DNA of 64,000 nucleotides from Octopus vulgaris (taxonomy: Eukaryota), in the NCBI GenBank assembly GCA_951406725.2, contig OX597814.1, positions 112,034,001 to 112,098,000 on the forward strand, given 5' to 3'. Each line of letters starts with the position of its first letter. The first letter of the stretch is position 1. The position numbers were made by a program, and so were the translations under genes. The notes beneath the pieces are model-generated. The model had not been told where the DNA came from and did not search any database. It saw nothing but the letters and a program-made list of their open reading frames with translations. Shown piece after piece: positions 42,436-54,769 of the stretch.

Positions 42436-44620
42436 ATGTACCTATATACATATCTGTATATATCAGCCATGGTCGCCACACTTCATCTCTTATTTACCAA
42501 TTCCACATCTTACCCCCACCCCACCCTATCCCCTCAATTCTTTTATTTCCATTTGTTTTTATCTCATTCTTCTCCGAACAATATATTTTGTTTTGTTTTT
42601 CCTTCACCTTCAATTTCCTTCTTTATCGTTGCTCAGCCAAGTCGTTATTACATTGGTTGTTATTATTGGCATTGTCACCGCTTTCCTACTGTTTCTTCTT
42701 CTTCTTCTTCTTCTTCTTCTTCTTCTTCTTCTTCTTCGTCGTCGTCGTCGTCGTCGCCATCGTCATTTCAATTATTCTTTCCACCGACTCCATTTTCTTA
42801 TTTACTAACGAGTTTTCCCCTTTTCTCTCGCTCTCCTCACTTTCTCATTTCATTCATTATTATCATTTTTTTCGTTCTAATTATTGACACACTCATTCTA
42901 TTTAACACTCTTCCTACCCGACCCATCTCTCTACGCAAACCCTTAACCCCACCTCCCGTCTATGCTTCCTTTATCACTCCACCCCCACCCACGCCTCAAA
43001 TCCTCTTCTGAACAACTTCGCCATCTTCATCCATTATCCGCTGCCCAACCAAGATTCATCTTTATCAGCTTTTTGTCATAAACTTATTCTCCGAACTCAA
43101 GATAAAAAGCATCCTCCTTATTTTCTTCTTCCATTTTGTATCTTCCATTTTGTTTTTCTCTGGGTTGCTCTAAGTATTATAGAATTCTTTTTTGGAACGG
43201 TGGATCTTGCAGCAGATAAAGGTAGAAACAATATGTAAATACAAGGTAAGATATCCCCTTGCATTAAAAAATTCGATGTTTTTCTGTGGGACTCGAACTC
43301 ACAGTACCTATAAGTATGACACATCTAATACAGACACAAGAAGTGATAGCCGAATAGCGTGGTCGTATGGTAAGAAAATTGTTTTCCCAACAACATGGTC
43401 CTGGGTTCAGTTCCTCTGTGTGACACGTTGGGAAAGTATCTCTTACTATAGTCTTTGGCTGACCAAAGACTTGTGAGTGGATTTGGTAGACGGAAACTGA
43501 AAGAAGCTCGTCGTATGTGTGTGTGCGTGTTTGTGTATGTGTGCATGTATGTGTGTGTATATAAATATATAAACACACACACATATACATATGTATGTGT
43601 GTGCCTTTGTGTCTGCATTCCCACAGTCGCTTGACAACCGGTATTAGTGTGTTTATGTTTTCGTAACTTAGGATTTCGTGCAAAAGAGACAGATAGAATA
43701 AGTCTGTCTTGAAATTTGTGCCAAGGCGGTGCCCCAGCACGGCCGCAATCTAATGATAGTAAAAGGTATATAAACCACAGCAGCTCAATTGATACTTTAC
43801 TTTATCTATCCCGAGAGGAGAAAAACAAAGTCGGCCTCTGTAGTGTTTGAACTCAGAGCGTAAAGGAAGTAAACTAAGCGCCATAAGACGTTCCTCCTTC
43901 GGATGAAAGATTCTGTCAAATCCACTGCTATTTGATATGCCACTGCTGTTTAATATGATCGGCCTTCAATACCAAGGTCGAGCTAGTGATCAAGACCAAG
44001 GAAGTGTTCGAAGATCTTCTCAGGTGCACAGTGAAGAACGCATGCGCCTGGTTCTTGAGCCGAGGCTGTGGTGGAAACTGAGGGCAGCTACTTTGAGTGA
44101 ACTGTTCTCTCCAAGCCAGAATCTATTAGAAAAAAAAATGCTTATTTTAAAATACTTATATTTTTCGAAGGGATATCGTGTTTTCATTTCCTTTTGTGAA
44201 AACAGTCAAATTTAACCCGAGCATCGTGTATTTACTCGCAGTATCTTATTCTTCATTTTAACGGGGGAAAAAACTTGGAGTGTGGCATAAGACATGCAGC
44301 GATGCTAAAACTGAAATTTTGCATTAAGATTTCACACTAAATTAGGGGTTGGTTTTATACACGAGTAAATTCGATAAGTATTGTTACAACTTAATCTGAT
44401 ATACAAATAATCAAATAGCCAGAAAAACAGTGTTTCATGGCTGTAAGATAATGATGTACTCAGCCTTCCTTTTCAGCATAATTTTTAACGTAATTTTTAA
44501 CATCCAGCCTAGTTTTCATTACTGTTATTTAATCTTCTACTTGAAAGTGTTTCCGGTCTGCTTTTAACATCATCTCTGACGACAAGAACCTTCGATTTCA
44601 GCATGGATACTGTCTTATAT

Positions 44621-45180
44621 ATTTCTTTACTGCCCACAAGGGGCTAAACATAGAGGGGACAAACAAGGACAGACAAACGGATTAAGTCGATTACATCGAC
44701 CCCAGTGCGTAACTAGTACTTATTTAATCGACCCCGAAAGGATAAAAAACGACAGACGAAATACCTATTTCTTTAATGCCCACAAGGGGCTAAACATAGA
44801 AGTGACAAACAAGTACAAACAAACGGATTAAGTCGATTACATCGACCCCAGTGAGTCACTGGTACTTATTTCATCGACCTCGAAAAGATGAAAGGCAAAG
44901 TTGACCTCGGTGGAATTTGAACACAGAACGCAGTGGCAGACGAAATACCTATTTCTTTATTACCCACAAGGGGCTAAACACAGAGGGGACAAACAAGGAC
45001 AGACATAGGTATTAAGTCGATTTCATCGACCCCAGTGCGTAACTGGTACTTAATTAATCGACCCCGAAAGTATGAAAGGAAAAGTCGACCTCGGCGGAAT
45101 TTGAACTCAGAACGTAACGGCAGAGGAAATACGGCTACGCAATTCGTCCGACGTGCTAACGTTTCTGCCAGCTCGCCGCC
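44621..45180 (-). mobile_element. SINE family B trimer with 25-bp TSD
   Basis: TTTCAGCA(T/C)GGATACTGTCTTATAT at 44596-44620 and 45181-45205; three head-to-tail units. Confidence 0.92.
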
Positions 45181-45945
45181 TTTCAGCACGGATACTGTCT
45201 TATATCCGTTACTTTTAACAGGTTTCAGGCATTATTCTTTGCTGTTGCCTGATCGCTGTCATTTAACCTTCAGCGTTAGCATAACTGCAACTATTTAGAT
45301 TTCGATTTAGTATAACTGTTATAATTTAGTCTTCGACTATTGCTCATTTACTATTATTTAGCCTTCGACCTCAGCACGCTTTCAGTCTAAAGTCCTGACT
45401 TTAGCTAGATTACTGCTTAACCGATTTTTTTCTCTTCTCAGGATAGATAATAATCGTTATAATTTCGAGTTCGATTTTCGTGTGATTACTGCAATTCAAG
45501 TTTCAGTCTTAGCCCGATTGTTGTCATTGACCTTCGACTATATGCAGGATTTCTGCTATTAGGCCTGGACTTTTACAACAACCCACAGTATTAACGATTA
45601 ATGTCCTGACCAGGGACCAACTCACCGTTTTTCTAAGAGGAATGGCATATATTTGATATATATGATGATGATGGTAACAATGTTGGTGGTGACGATGATG
45701 ATGATCACGAAGATGATGATGATGACGATGACAATGCGATTGACGATGATGATGATGATCATGATGATGGTAAAGATCATTTCTTTTTCCAAAATACAAT
45801 GAGGTTGATTCTAAAGATTTGTGTTTAAAGGACAAACGTAGTGACTTTTTCAACGAATTCTTTTCGTAAAAAACGATCGATTTATTTAAAATATTAAGTA
45901 AACTTAGGATTTAACTCAGCGCCGAGTACAATATCTTTAACACAT

Positions 45946-47096
45946 TGTGTTGGGTGAAAAGTTTTGCAATATTTTGGTAATTCATTTGCTTTATTAGTCA
46001 AATTGCAACAAAAGCAGCCAAGCTTCGAAATAGAAGCCATCGTGTTGCGCTGTCAGGAGCCATCTTTTTTTGCCAGTTCTTTGATTCCATGCTGATACCG
46101 GTTCTTGTCCTTCAAGGCGAAGAATTCCTTCACTGAAGCTTCCATTTCCTTTTGGTTGATGAAGCGTCGCGAGCGCAGGAAGTGAGTCATGGATCGGAAC
46201 TAGTAATAATCCGAGGGAGATATTTTTCCGCAATCGTTATTTCCTTATTGCCCACAAGGGGCTAAACATAGAGAGGACAATAAAGGACAGACAAGGAGAT
46301 TAAGTCGATAACAACGACCCCAGTGTGTAACTGATACTTTATTTATTGACACCGAAAGGATGAAAGGCAAAGTCGACCTCGGCGGAATTTGAACTCAGAA
46401 CGTAACGGCAGACGAAATACCGCTGAGCATTTCGCCTGGCGTGCTAACGTTTCTACCAGCTCGCCGCCTTCCGCAATCCTAACGTGCCTAAGCAATGGTT
46501 AAGCAACGGCCGGCTTCTGGAACCTGTGGCCAAACATGGGTGTTTTGAACACAAGGTGATGCTCTGCGTCTGATAGAATTAAGTGGGGATAATTCACTAA
46601 CAGTTCGTTCCTGACGGTCGAGCCATCAATGCTAACCTGTACTCCGAACAGCTGGAGCAGATGTATGCCATTGTGCGGTGGAAATATCCGCCATTGGCTA
46701 ACAGAAAGCGAGTACTTCAGCAGCAAGACAACGCAAGAACTCATACTGCTCAAAAGACCAGGATTAAACTCCAGGAACTTGAGGGGATCGCACTGATCAC
46801 TCCCAGCATATAATTCGGACCTAGACAAGTAATAGTTCGGACTTAGCCGCCTCGGACTATTACTTGTTTCGATCCATGGCTTACTTCCTGCGCTCACAAC
46901 GCTTTATCAGCCATGTTGTGTTGGAAGCTTCAGCGAAGGAATTCTTCGCTGCGATAGACAAGAACTAGTATCAGCATGAGATCAAAGAACTGACAGAAAG
47001 ACAGCTTCAGACGGTGCAACACAATGGTCGCTACTTTGAATGCTAGGATGTTTTTGTTGTAATTTGACGAATAATGCAAATAAATTACCAAAATAT
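45946..47096 (+). mobile_element. rearranged mariner (DD34D-like) relic with ~250-bp inverted arms
   Basis: 46545-47042 translates KVMLCV..., LYSEQLE, QQDNARTHTA, LAASDYYLFRSM, HNGRYFE; 45969-46216 is the reverse complement of 46850-47096. Confidence 0.88.
46236..46468 (-). mobile_element. SINE family B monomer nested in the mariner relic
   Basis: 10-bp TSD TTCCGCAATC at 46226-46235 and 46469-46478. Confidence 0.9.
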
Positions 47097-47911
47097 AATA
47101 TTAATATATACGTTGTAAATATGGAGGAAGCCTCTTTCGGTCATTAATGACCATGGGATTGCACCTAGAAAGTTACCTTCCGAGGCACAAGTCCGGACAA
47201 GATTGTTTGTGGAAAGCCAGCAGTCGCCCATGCATACCAGCCTCCCTTCTCCACGCCACCAGTGTTATCCAAGGGAAAGGCAAATGCGGATACACCTTGA
47301 CACCTGTGACGTCGCAACTCATTTCTACAGCTGAGTGAACTGGGTCAACATGAAATAAAGTGTCTTGCTCAAGAACACAACACATTAACATTGAAATGTT
47401 AATAAGAATTATCTCCCTACAAAGTAGCTCTCAATGTTGGATTATACAATTGATGGTAGCCATGTTTAATTCATGGAGAGAAAATTACCAAACAGATAAG
47501 TGAACATTTCTTTTTATTAAGATTTCTTTTTCCAACTTTTATTCCACATTTCTGTTCATTATTTACTAAAGTAAATTTAGTTTATCATGTCTTAATATAC
47601 TATGGGAATAGCAAAATAAGTTCATATAAGATAGACATGAAGATTGGCAACATAATCGTTTTAATATGGTGTTGTATAGAGACATTCTATTTCAGCAATA
47701 TTGAGGAATACATTGTCATGAAACGTGCGTAGTCATGATAATGTAAAGTATGATTTGTAATAAGACTTGAAGGCATTAATTTTGATAATTTGGAATAAGA
47801 ATTGTAGTTATCAATTTTAATAATTTGAATATTTAGTCCTATATGTACATATTGTGGATAATGTCATTCAATGATGATTGAGTTGCTTCAAGGTGATTCT
47901 GTCTCTTAAAC

Positions 47912-47975
<64 letters not shown>

Positions 47976-48017
47976 ACATACATATCTATTCATACATGCA
48001 TACATACATACATACAT

Positions 48018-48128
<111 letters not shown>

Positions 48129-48214
48129 AAGGGTGAAAAGGAACACACGAGTTGATATATATGAAAAAACAAGTCAAAATAGAAAATGCTAAAATAATTT
48201 TATAAAGAATATTT

Positions 48215-48252
48215 CAGTACCGGTTTCGGTCATTTTGAGACCTTTTCAACTG
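48215..48252 (-). ncRNA. minimal hammerhead motif, U3:A8 core variant
   Basis: CAG-UUGAAAA-GGUC-UCAAAAU-GACC-GAA-ACCGGU-A-CUG; flanks homologous to 38710-38890. Confidence 0.8.
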
Positions 48253-48397
48253 TAACGATTAAATTATTAAATTTAGAAAAATTAGAAGAAAAGTTTTTTT
48301 AAAGGAATATTTGTATAGTGTTCAGATATAAGTGGCATTCTGCCTTTCTCTGACTCCCTTGTTTGCACTTGTGTGTTCGAGGTCGTTGTGAATTCTT

Positions 48398-48648
48398 GGT
48401 AGAGTAGAAGAAGAAGGCTGATGAGGAGAGGGGGTGGAAAAATTTGGGAGTGCCTTGATTGTTGTATTTTGAATGGTCAGTGACGGCTAGCAGTTGCAGT
48501 TCAATTCAGGAGAATATTTCTATAGAATATTCTCCTGAATTGAACTGCAACTGCTAGCCGTCACTGACCATTCAAAATACAACAATCAAGGCACTCCCAA
48601 ATTTTTCCACCCTCTCCTCATCAGCCTTCTTCTTCTTCTTCTACCCTA

Positions 48649-48650
<2 letters not shown>
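48398..48650. repeat. near-perfect ~250-bp palindrome (fold-back)
   Basis: Centre TTCTATAGAA at ~48522; arms differ only in G-run, T-run and (AAG)n length and one substitution. Confidence 0.95.
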
Positions 48651-48700
<50 letters not shown>

Positions 48701-48760
48701 TTGGTATGACCTCAAAAGAATGAATGAGACCTCGATATTATGTAAATAGAGGAATTTATC

Positions 48761-48987
48761 TGTAATATAATATGCGGCAATTATTCGGTTGCCATAATAA
48801 AACTCCGAGTTTCGGATATCGGGGAGGAAATCTGCTTCGGCATCAAGTCAGTTATCAGGGCAATCAAAAATTGCTGTTTTTTTTATGATTGCCTTGATAA
48901 CTGACTAGATGCCGGAACAGATTTCTGCCTCGACATCCGAAACTCAGAGATTTATTCTGGCAACCGAATAGTTTTCACATATTATAT

Positions 48988-48991
<4 letters not shown>
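48761..48991. repeat. imperfect ~110-bp-arm inverted repeat between (TA)n runs
   Basis: TGTAATATAATATG...GGCAATCA / TGATTGCC...CATATTATATTACA, roughly 85% matched by eye. Confidence 0.92.
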
Positions 48992-49030
<39 letters not shown>

Positions 49031-49249
49031 CGTCCCATAGGACGCCCTAATAGTGGTTTCGGTTGCGCTGCTCCGTGTGGTCCCGCAGTTTCCATCTAAC
49101 TAGGAATATTAGGGTCTCATCCATTATTTTGTATTCAAAATCCTCTGCTAGTTCAAAATCCTCCTGCTAGTTCAAAGCCAGGAACCTGATCTGTTAGGTC
49201 CTGCCAATAACGAAATCCACACCCTGCCTCCGAAGCTTCAATTTATTGT

Positions 49250-49390
49250 CGTTAAGGTTTCGGCTGTCTCTTACCCTTCGATCGGTCTGACCTGGTAAGA
49301 CCTACCTGAAGATTTCTCTCCTTCCAGCAAAGTTCTCCGGGTCAATGGAGCACACAGGCACGTCACCTCGACGAGGTACTTGTTGAATTG
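49250..49390 (-). mobile_element. 5' end of an RTE-type LINE
   Basis: Minus strand ACCTCGTCGAGGTGACGTGCCTGTGTGCTCCATTGACCCGGAGAACTTTGCTGG...GGTAGGTCTTACC resembles the RTE/BovB 5' leader (ACCTTGTCGTGGTG...CTCAATGACCC). Confidence 0.65.
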
Positions 49391-49549
49391 GCCGTTGACT
49401 ACACAGTAGCTGTTTCGCCGTTTTAGGTCAGGTCGCTCTTAAACGCTACTGGCAACATGTAATTCAGTACAACCTGTCGCATGATCGGGTCGTCAGCGAT
49501 TAAACTGGCAACTCCGTGAAGCTTGCTTGGTGAGGAGGGTGACTGTTAG

Positions 49550-49623
<74 letters not shown>

Positions 49624-50132
49624 ATAAAAATAACAGGAACCAAGAGGTGGAACGAAACGACGAATCGGATGCCAAAAAAAAGGCTTTTTCGTTCGTCCTC
49701 TTGTGTGTTTGATTTCCTGTATCGTATTCTCTTTTTATTTTCTCGTTTTGTATTTATTTGTACTTTTTGTACATGTATTTTTATTTTTGCAGTTTTATTG
49801 TTACGTCCTGTTCGTGTTCGTACTCATTTTGCCACGCTGCTTGGAATTTTATTTTAATTCTCTCGCAGGAAGGCCTAGTGGATTAGTGTTCTGTCTTTGC
49901 CTTCGAAACATGCTTGAGTCTACTAGCGACAGCTGATGACGGGGGTTTTTTCCTTGTGTAGCACGTCCTGTAACTGTTTTTTTCGTTTTCTTGTTTTTTT
50001 TTGTTTTCCCGTTTCTACGTCTTATTGTGGTGTCCTGTACTCACGTATAATTATTTATATATGCATGTATATATACATGTAGATGTAGGTACGTACATAT
50101 ATGTTTGTATGTATGCATATATTTTTATTTAT

Positions 50133-50184
<52 letters not shown>

Positions 50185-50952
50185 CTCATTTATAAATATA
50201 TATATATAGTGCTTAGATGATTTGAACTTACACTCCGAAGTATTTATCGAGGATTAAGTCTACTGGGTAAAGAGCGGTTATATGAGAAATCAAGATGAAA
50301 CCCATACACATGTGTGTGTGAGTGTGTGCGTCTGTTTGTCCCCCACCACCTTTTGACAACCGGCGTTGGTGTGTTACATCCCCATAAAGTAGCGGTTCGC
50401 AAAAAAGGGCGATAGAGTATGTATCCGGCATCTAAAAACAAAAAAGCACTGGGGTCGATTCATTCGACTAAAAATTCTTCAAGGCCGTGCTCCAGCATGG
50501 CCGCATTTCTAGTAACTGAAACAAACGAAAGATAAAATATAATAGATAATATTTGGATGAATTCTAGAAAGAATTCTGTTGTCTTTCCGGGCAACGACGA
50601 GAGGAAATCAAGTGTGATAAGGCAGGATGTTATCAACGGGAGACGTTAAGGAAACCAACCATTGGCTTCGTGAGAAGAAAAATCGATAAACGATGACAAG
50701 TCGAGATTGTTGTTCACTATTGTAGCCACTGCCTGACCTCGATCTGTTTATCTCCAGAATACTTTTTTTTTCGTATTTGCTTAATTTAAAAAAATAATAA
50801 AAATATATAGAAATGAAAAATAAACCTCGACAAGAATAGAAGCAATAACAATGAAGCAAATTACAAAAACAACAGCAATAATGTTCGTTTCTTTATTGGC
50901 CACAAAGGCCGTTCAACAACAATAATAATAATGATGATGATGATAATAAGTA

Positions 50953-51727
50953 TGCCCTGGTGCAGTGACAGGCAGTGGCTCTCATGGCTTTTTGATCTTA
51001 ACTGATGGGAAATGTTATCATGTACATTGTTTTGTCTTGGTATAAAAGATGGGCTACAGTAAATATTCTGCTCAATACCACAGATTTGCTTGTCGGTTGC
51101 CTGACAACAACAACAAAAACAAAAACAACAACAACAATAACAATAATAATAGTGATAATGGTAATAATAATAATAAATGCCCTGATGCAGTACCAGGCAG
51201 TGGCTCTCATGGCTTCTGATCTTAACTGATTGGAAGTGTTATCATTGTTTTGTCTCGGTATAAAAGATGGGCTACAGCAAATATTCTGCTCAATACCACA
51301 GATTTGCTTGTCAGTTACTTGACGTTAACCAGTTGAGCATGTCCCTTAGTGGCTGGCGATATGTGCATCTCTGATCACGAGCAGAAGTAGTGGGGGAGCA
51401 TCATAGCCATGTGTTGAGAGAAATTCTTTGGGGTTTGAATAATTCACCTCTGGAAACATTGGTGTTTCATTTAACATCCTTAAACAACCCTTATTCAGGG
51501 AACTTTTGAGCGAGATGGGCTACTTGACCTGAAGAAAATTCTAGCTGGGCCCCACCTGCAAGGTCATGCGCTATTTATCTTGTTATGAGATCCCCATGTC
51601 GCGCATTTGTGGTTGTGATGCATGCGCCTGGGGTATCCTTATCAGACGGGTAGTCATGATGGGTATACTGGGCTTTGTATATTCTACCCCAGTGTCACTT
51701 TAATAGCATGCACTGCTCTCTCACTCA
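50953..51727. mobile_element. family A: 150-bp left fragment (50953-51103) plus full copy (51178-51727)
   Basis: Both start TGCCCTG.TGCAGT; separated and flanked by (AAC)/(AAT) repeats. Confidence 0.9.
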
Positions 51728-51757
51728 ATAATAATGATGATGATGATGATAATAATG

Positions 51758-51849
<92 letters not shown>

Positions 51850-52380
51850 AATAATAATAATAATGACAACGTAAATAACAATAGTAACGACATGAACACG
51901 AACACTAACAAATCGGCGTCATCTGCACAACTATCACTACCATCACCGCCACCAACATCATCATCATTATCATCATCATTATGGTCATCGTCGTCGCCCT
52001 CATTAACAACATCATCATCCTCATCACCATCGTCACGATCGTCGTCGTCGCCGTCATCCTCACCACTGTCGTCATTGTCATCATAATCATCATCATCATC
52101 ATCGTCATCGCTGTCGTCATCGTCATCATCATCATCATCATCATCTTCGTCGTCGTTTTCGTCGTCGTCGTCGTTCGTAGTTACGACCATTATAACCGTC
52201 GTAGTCATCGTTGTCGTTGACCTCCTTCTCTCCCCTCCTCCTCCTCTCGTCCCCCTCCTCCTCCTCCCTCATCTTCCTCCTCCTCCCTCACCTTCCTCCT
52301 CCTCCTTCTCCACCTCCACCTCCTCCTCCTCCTCCTCATCATCATCATCATCATCATCAGCAGCAGCAGTAGTGTCATCG
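51728..52380. repeat. compound trinucleotide field (AAT/GAT/CAT/CGT/CCT)
   Basis: Directly visible; source of the poly-N/D/S ORFs. Confidence 0.95.
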
Positions 52381-52715
52381 TTATCTTTCTCATCTCAGTA
52401 GTTTGTCCATGTTTTTCCTTTTCCATAATTGCAGCCAGATGCGACGCTGTGCAGTTCAGTCTTTCCAGAAGCGAGGTCACTATTTTCGTAACACATATCG
52501 ATTTCTTACTTGGGAAATAAACTTTCACATTCTACAGACGATTGATGAGGATTGATATTCATGCCTGTCCCAAAGATATTAACGATGTCATTAAAGCGAT
52601 GAGGCTAAAAAACTAAGCAGAAAAACGAGGTTGTTAACGCATCTGGCCAAGACTCAAACTTTATCGACGGCGCTCAGCAATGTTGTTAAGAGAAAATCGT
52701 CTGTTTTCTGTTATA

Positions 52716-53276
52716 ATCTTTTCTACTGTGGGCACAAGGCCTGAAATTTTTAGGGAGGGGAGCCAGTCGATTAGATCGACCCCAGTAAGCAACTGGTACT
52801 TAATTTATCGACCTCGAAAGGATGAAAGACAAAGGTACCTCGGCGAAATTTGAACTCAGAACGTAAAGACAGACGAAATACCTATTTCTTTACTACCCAC
52901 AAGGGGCTAAACACGGAGAGGACAAACGGATTAAGTCGATTATATCAATCCCAGTGCGTAACTGGTACTTATTTAATCGACCCCGAAAGGATGAAAGGCA
53001 AATCGACCTCGGCGGAATTTGAACTCAAGACGTAACGGCAGACGAAATGCCTATTTCTTTACTACCCACAAGAGGCTAAACACAGAGAGAACAAACAAGG
53101 ACAGACAAACGGAATAAGTCAATTATATCGACCCCAGGGCGTAACTGATACTTATTTAATCGACCCCGAAAGGATGAAAGGCAAAGTCGACCTCGGCGAA
53201 ATTTGAACTCAGAACGTAAAGACAGGCGAAATTACCGTTAAGCATTTCGCCCGGCGTGCTAACGTTTCTGCCAGCT
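52716..53276 (-). mobile_element. SINE family B trimer
   Basis: Three units joined at GAAAT(A/G)CCTATTTCTTT (~52875, ~53044). Confidence 0.9.
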
Positions 53277-53596
53277 TCAGATAGAACTCATCATTGTTAC
53301 AAACTCTGCCAGACTAGTCAGAATGATGTGGTTGATACACAGAGATCATGTTCGTTTCTAGTTATTTCCATTCCAGAAATGGATTTAGCTTATTATTATA
53401 GCAAAAGGATAGGCATGAGTGTATGTAGTCGATGCATGGATGGCTGTGTGGTTAAGAAGCTCGCTTCGCAACCATGTGGCTTCAGGTTCAGTCCCACTGC
53501 GCGTCGTCACCTTGGACATGTATCTTCCACTAAAGTCTCGGGCTGACCAATGCCTTGTTAGACGAAAACTGTATGGAAATCCGTCGCATATGCATG

Positions 53597-53661
<65 letters not shown>

Positions 53662-54343
53662 GTATGTATGAGCCTTTGTATCTATCATCACTTTACAACT
53701 GGTATTGGTTTGTTTACATCCCTTCAAGTTATCAGTTCAGCAAAAGGAACTGATAGCGTAAGTACTGGAACCGATTTGTTCCGCTAAACCTTTGAAGGCT
53801 GTGCCCCAATATGGCCGCCGTCCACTGACAGAAACAAGTAAAGCATCTATACGGATCTGCTATTACTCCCCGTCTACGTATTTGTAACAAGATCTATTGG
53901 GACTTTAACATTTAAATGTTTGTCCGAGGTCACAACCTTGTGTGAAGGGCCCTAATGTCACTGACCCTAAATGTTTCCTATTTGTACACGTTTCTAGTAA
54001 AACGGATTAAAGAAATCGATAATGTTTTATCCAATTGCATAGCTTCAATAGTCATATTATCACAAACCTCTTAATCACGTCTTCTTGGCTATCTCTAACA
54101 CTCAGAGCTATAATGGCTTACTTCAGATCTGGATATTACTGAAACTGTTCGAATAAATATCTCAGAATCTATGCTATGCTGCTTGGCACACAACCAATGT
54201 ACATGTTTCTTTTTTTCTAACAAACAAATGTTTGTAAGGTGATGTTATGTTGCCAACTTAATGCGGCAGCTCCATGAAAGGGAAGAATGTTACTGTTATT
54301 TAGCCTTAGGATTCCCTTGGTCTATACAACTTCCGAGTTGACC

Positions 54344-54531
54344 GTTCGCCGCCGGCCGAACGCCTGCCGCGCATCACGGGGACGACCGATCCCACGCGAG
54401 GCAGAGCCGGGCCGCGCGCACCAACGCGACGGCGAGCCCGAAGCCGTGTCGCTCCACGGTGTCCCGAGTGTGGAGCCATTTTGTTTGCGCCCACCATACC
54501 CCGGGCGCCCCGTATGAAACAGCGCGCCGCC
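54344..54531. other. 188-bp GC-rich, hairpin-rich insert bounded by 8-bp direct repeat AGTTGACC
   Basis: AGTTGACC at 54336-54343 and 54532-54539; abrupt GC/CpG step against AT-rich flanks. Confidence 0.8.
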
Positions 54532-54769
54532 AGTTGACCTTCACACATTTCCTGTGTCCTTATGTTTTCAAAGTGGAGATAAGCACCTCCATCCAACAAA
54601 GCCAGTATCCAGAGACTAATTTCAGAGTCATAGCTAATCATCAGTCTGGAGTAGCATGGTCTGCTAGCTGTCGATGCTTATTCGCCTTTGAAAACATATA
54701 AATTTTTTTGTAGTTTAGTGAAAAACAAAAGAAAAACCTCAAAACAAAATAAAAGTTTAAAATAATTCT

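Noticed and set aside
41908-43011. Longest ORF in the track (367 aa) and the many YI/HT/CV-rich ORFs
   Set aside because: Translations of stop-free microsatellites; no domain-like sequence.
49860-49950. Type II hammerhead (GAAA...CTGATGA order), homolog near 21130-21210
   Set aside because: Helices I and III do not form convincingly in either copy.
51622-52528. Poly-N/D/S/E ORFs resembling acidic low-complexity proteins
   Set aside because: Trinucleotide repeat field open in several frames on both strands, starting inside a family A element.
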